A stretch of 64,000 bases of DNA from Sphyrna mokarran (lineage: Eukaryota), in contig JAGIQG010000003.1 of the NCBI GenBank assembly GCA_024679065.1, forward strand, positions 36,828,001 through 36,892,000, written 5' to 3'. Each line of letters starts with the position of its first letter. Within the stretch, counting starts at the first letter, position 1. The translations under genes were made by a program, and so were the position numbers. A model generated the notes under the pieces. The model saw only the letters and a list, made by a program, of their open reading frames with translations, did not search any database and was not told where the DNA came from. Shown one piece after another: positions 63,269 through 64,000 of this stretch.

Positions 63269-63360
63269 GGCTTTGAAAAAGAGTCATCCAGACACAAAAC
63301 ATTGGGTCTATTTCCTCTCCATAGATGCTGACAGACCTGTTGAGATTTTACAGCATGCTT
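63269..63360 (+). mobile_element. Penelope-type terminal repeat with degenerate U3-A8 hammerhead
   Basis: ggct-TTGAAAA-A-GAGTC(ATCCA)GACAC-AAAA-CATT...atagatgctgacagacctgttgag. Confidence 0.6.
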
Positions 63361-63589
63361 TTGTTATAGAGTAGGCATGTTGCTTCTTGGTGTGATTTCA
63401 ACCTCAGAAAGAGATAGAGTAGAACACGTGACTGACTTATATCAGCAGAACATCATCATCAGATCTAACTATCTGTTGACCTTTTGTTTTACAAAAATTG
63501 AAAAACTTGCTTTTGTTAAATTGTTATTCAGATTAATAACCTGAAATACTCTGTATAAATCAATGGAGTTATCTACAGTTGCAGCTTAC

Positions 63590-63650
63590 CAAACATAAGC
63601 CGGGGAGATTTCTTCTTGGGTAGCCCTCCACCAGACGCACCCGTAGCCTT
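63590..63650 (-). CDS. USP13: USP13 exon ~3 (KATGASGGGLPKKKSPRLMF), 61 nt
   Basis: ttacag|AAGGCT...TTTG|gtaagc; matches human KVRGASGGALPKRRNSKIFL. Confidence 0.9.
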
Positions 63651-63799
63651 CTGTAATTTTGAAATTAAAAAAAAGTTTGTGAGATTTAACTCAATTTTCA
63701 TAAAAAGGTTTGCATTTTGTTCTTTTTCAGTACTTAACATTGCAGTTACACCTACAAGGCAGCTAAAGCCAAACATGGTTAGTTTAAGTATTTATGCAT

Positions 63800-64000
63800 G
63801 ATACGGTGGCACAGTGGTTAGCACTGATGCCTCACAGCCCTAGGAATCTGGGTTCAATTCCAACCTTGGATGACTATCTATGTGGAGTTTGTACGTTCTC
63901 TTCGTACATTTCCTCCAAGTGCTCCAGTTTCTTCCCACAGTCCAAAAGATGTGTAGGTTAAGTGGATTAGCAATGGTAAATGTGCAGACAATAATCTCTC
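63800..64000 (+). mobile_element. HE1-like SINE
   Basis: acggtggcacagtggttagcactgatgcctcacag head. Confidence 0.85.

Larger units (their letters stand above)
2553..63650 (-). other. USP13: USP13 gene body (ubiquitin carboxyl-terminal hydrolase 13), partial; 16 coding exons in window
   Basis: Spliced exons give a continuous frame matching USP13. ZnF-UBP reads [19 protein letters not shown] (USP13-type rather than USP5 CGRRYF). Also Cys box NLGNSCYL and UBA1 DESAVMQLAEMGFPLEACRKA. All introns GT-AG with consistent phases. Exon numbers below are by recalled homology to human. Confidence 0.97.

Overview
Vertebrate intron-rich DNA. The repeat content (HE1-type tRNA SINEs, CR1/L2 LINEs, Penelope remnants) points to a shark or other elasmobranch. 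The whole window lies inside one minus-strand gene, the deubiquitinase USP13. I mapped 16 GT-AG coding exons (63650 down to 2553; 2095 nt with continuous frame) encoding ZnF-UBP, the Cys box and both UBA domains; the first two and last two exons are outside the window. Introns are mostly decayed transposons. Main items for follow-up: (1) Penelope-derived minimal hammerhead-ribozyme motifs, including a 245-bp palindromic element with a hammerhead on each strand and a perfect 14-bp TSD, and a U3-A8 core-variant copy 16 nt from a USP13 splice donor; (2) a deleted class I endogenous retrovirus with LTR, RNase H, integrase, env ISD/TM and PPT remnants; (3) several local templated insertions of different ages, including a 519-bp near-perfect inverted repeat and a decaying copy of most of a USP13 exon; (4) candidate alternative splicing of the pre-UBA1 linker. 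All calls are by eye, and repeat boundaries are approximate.
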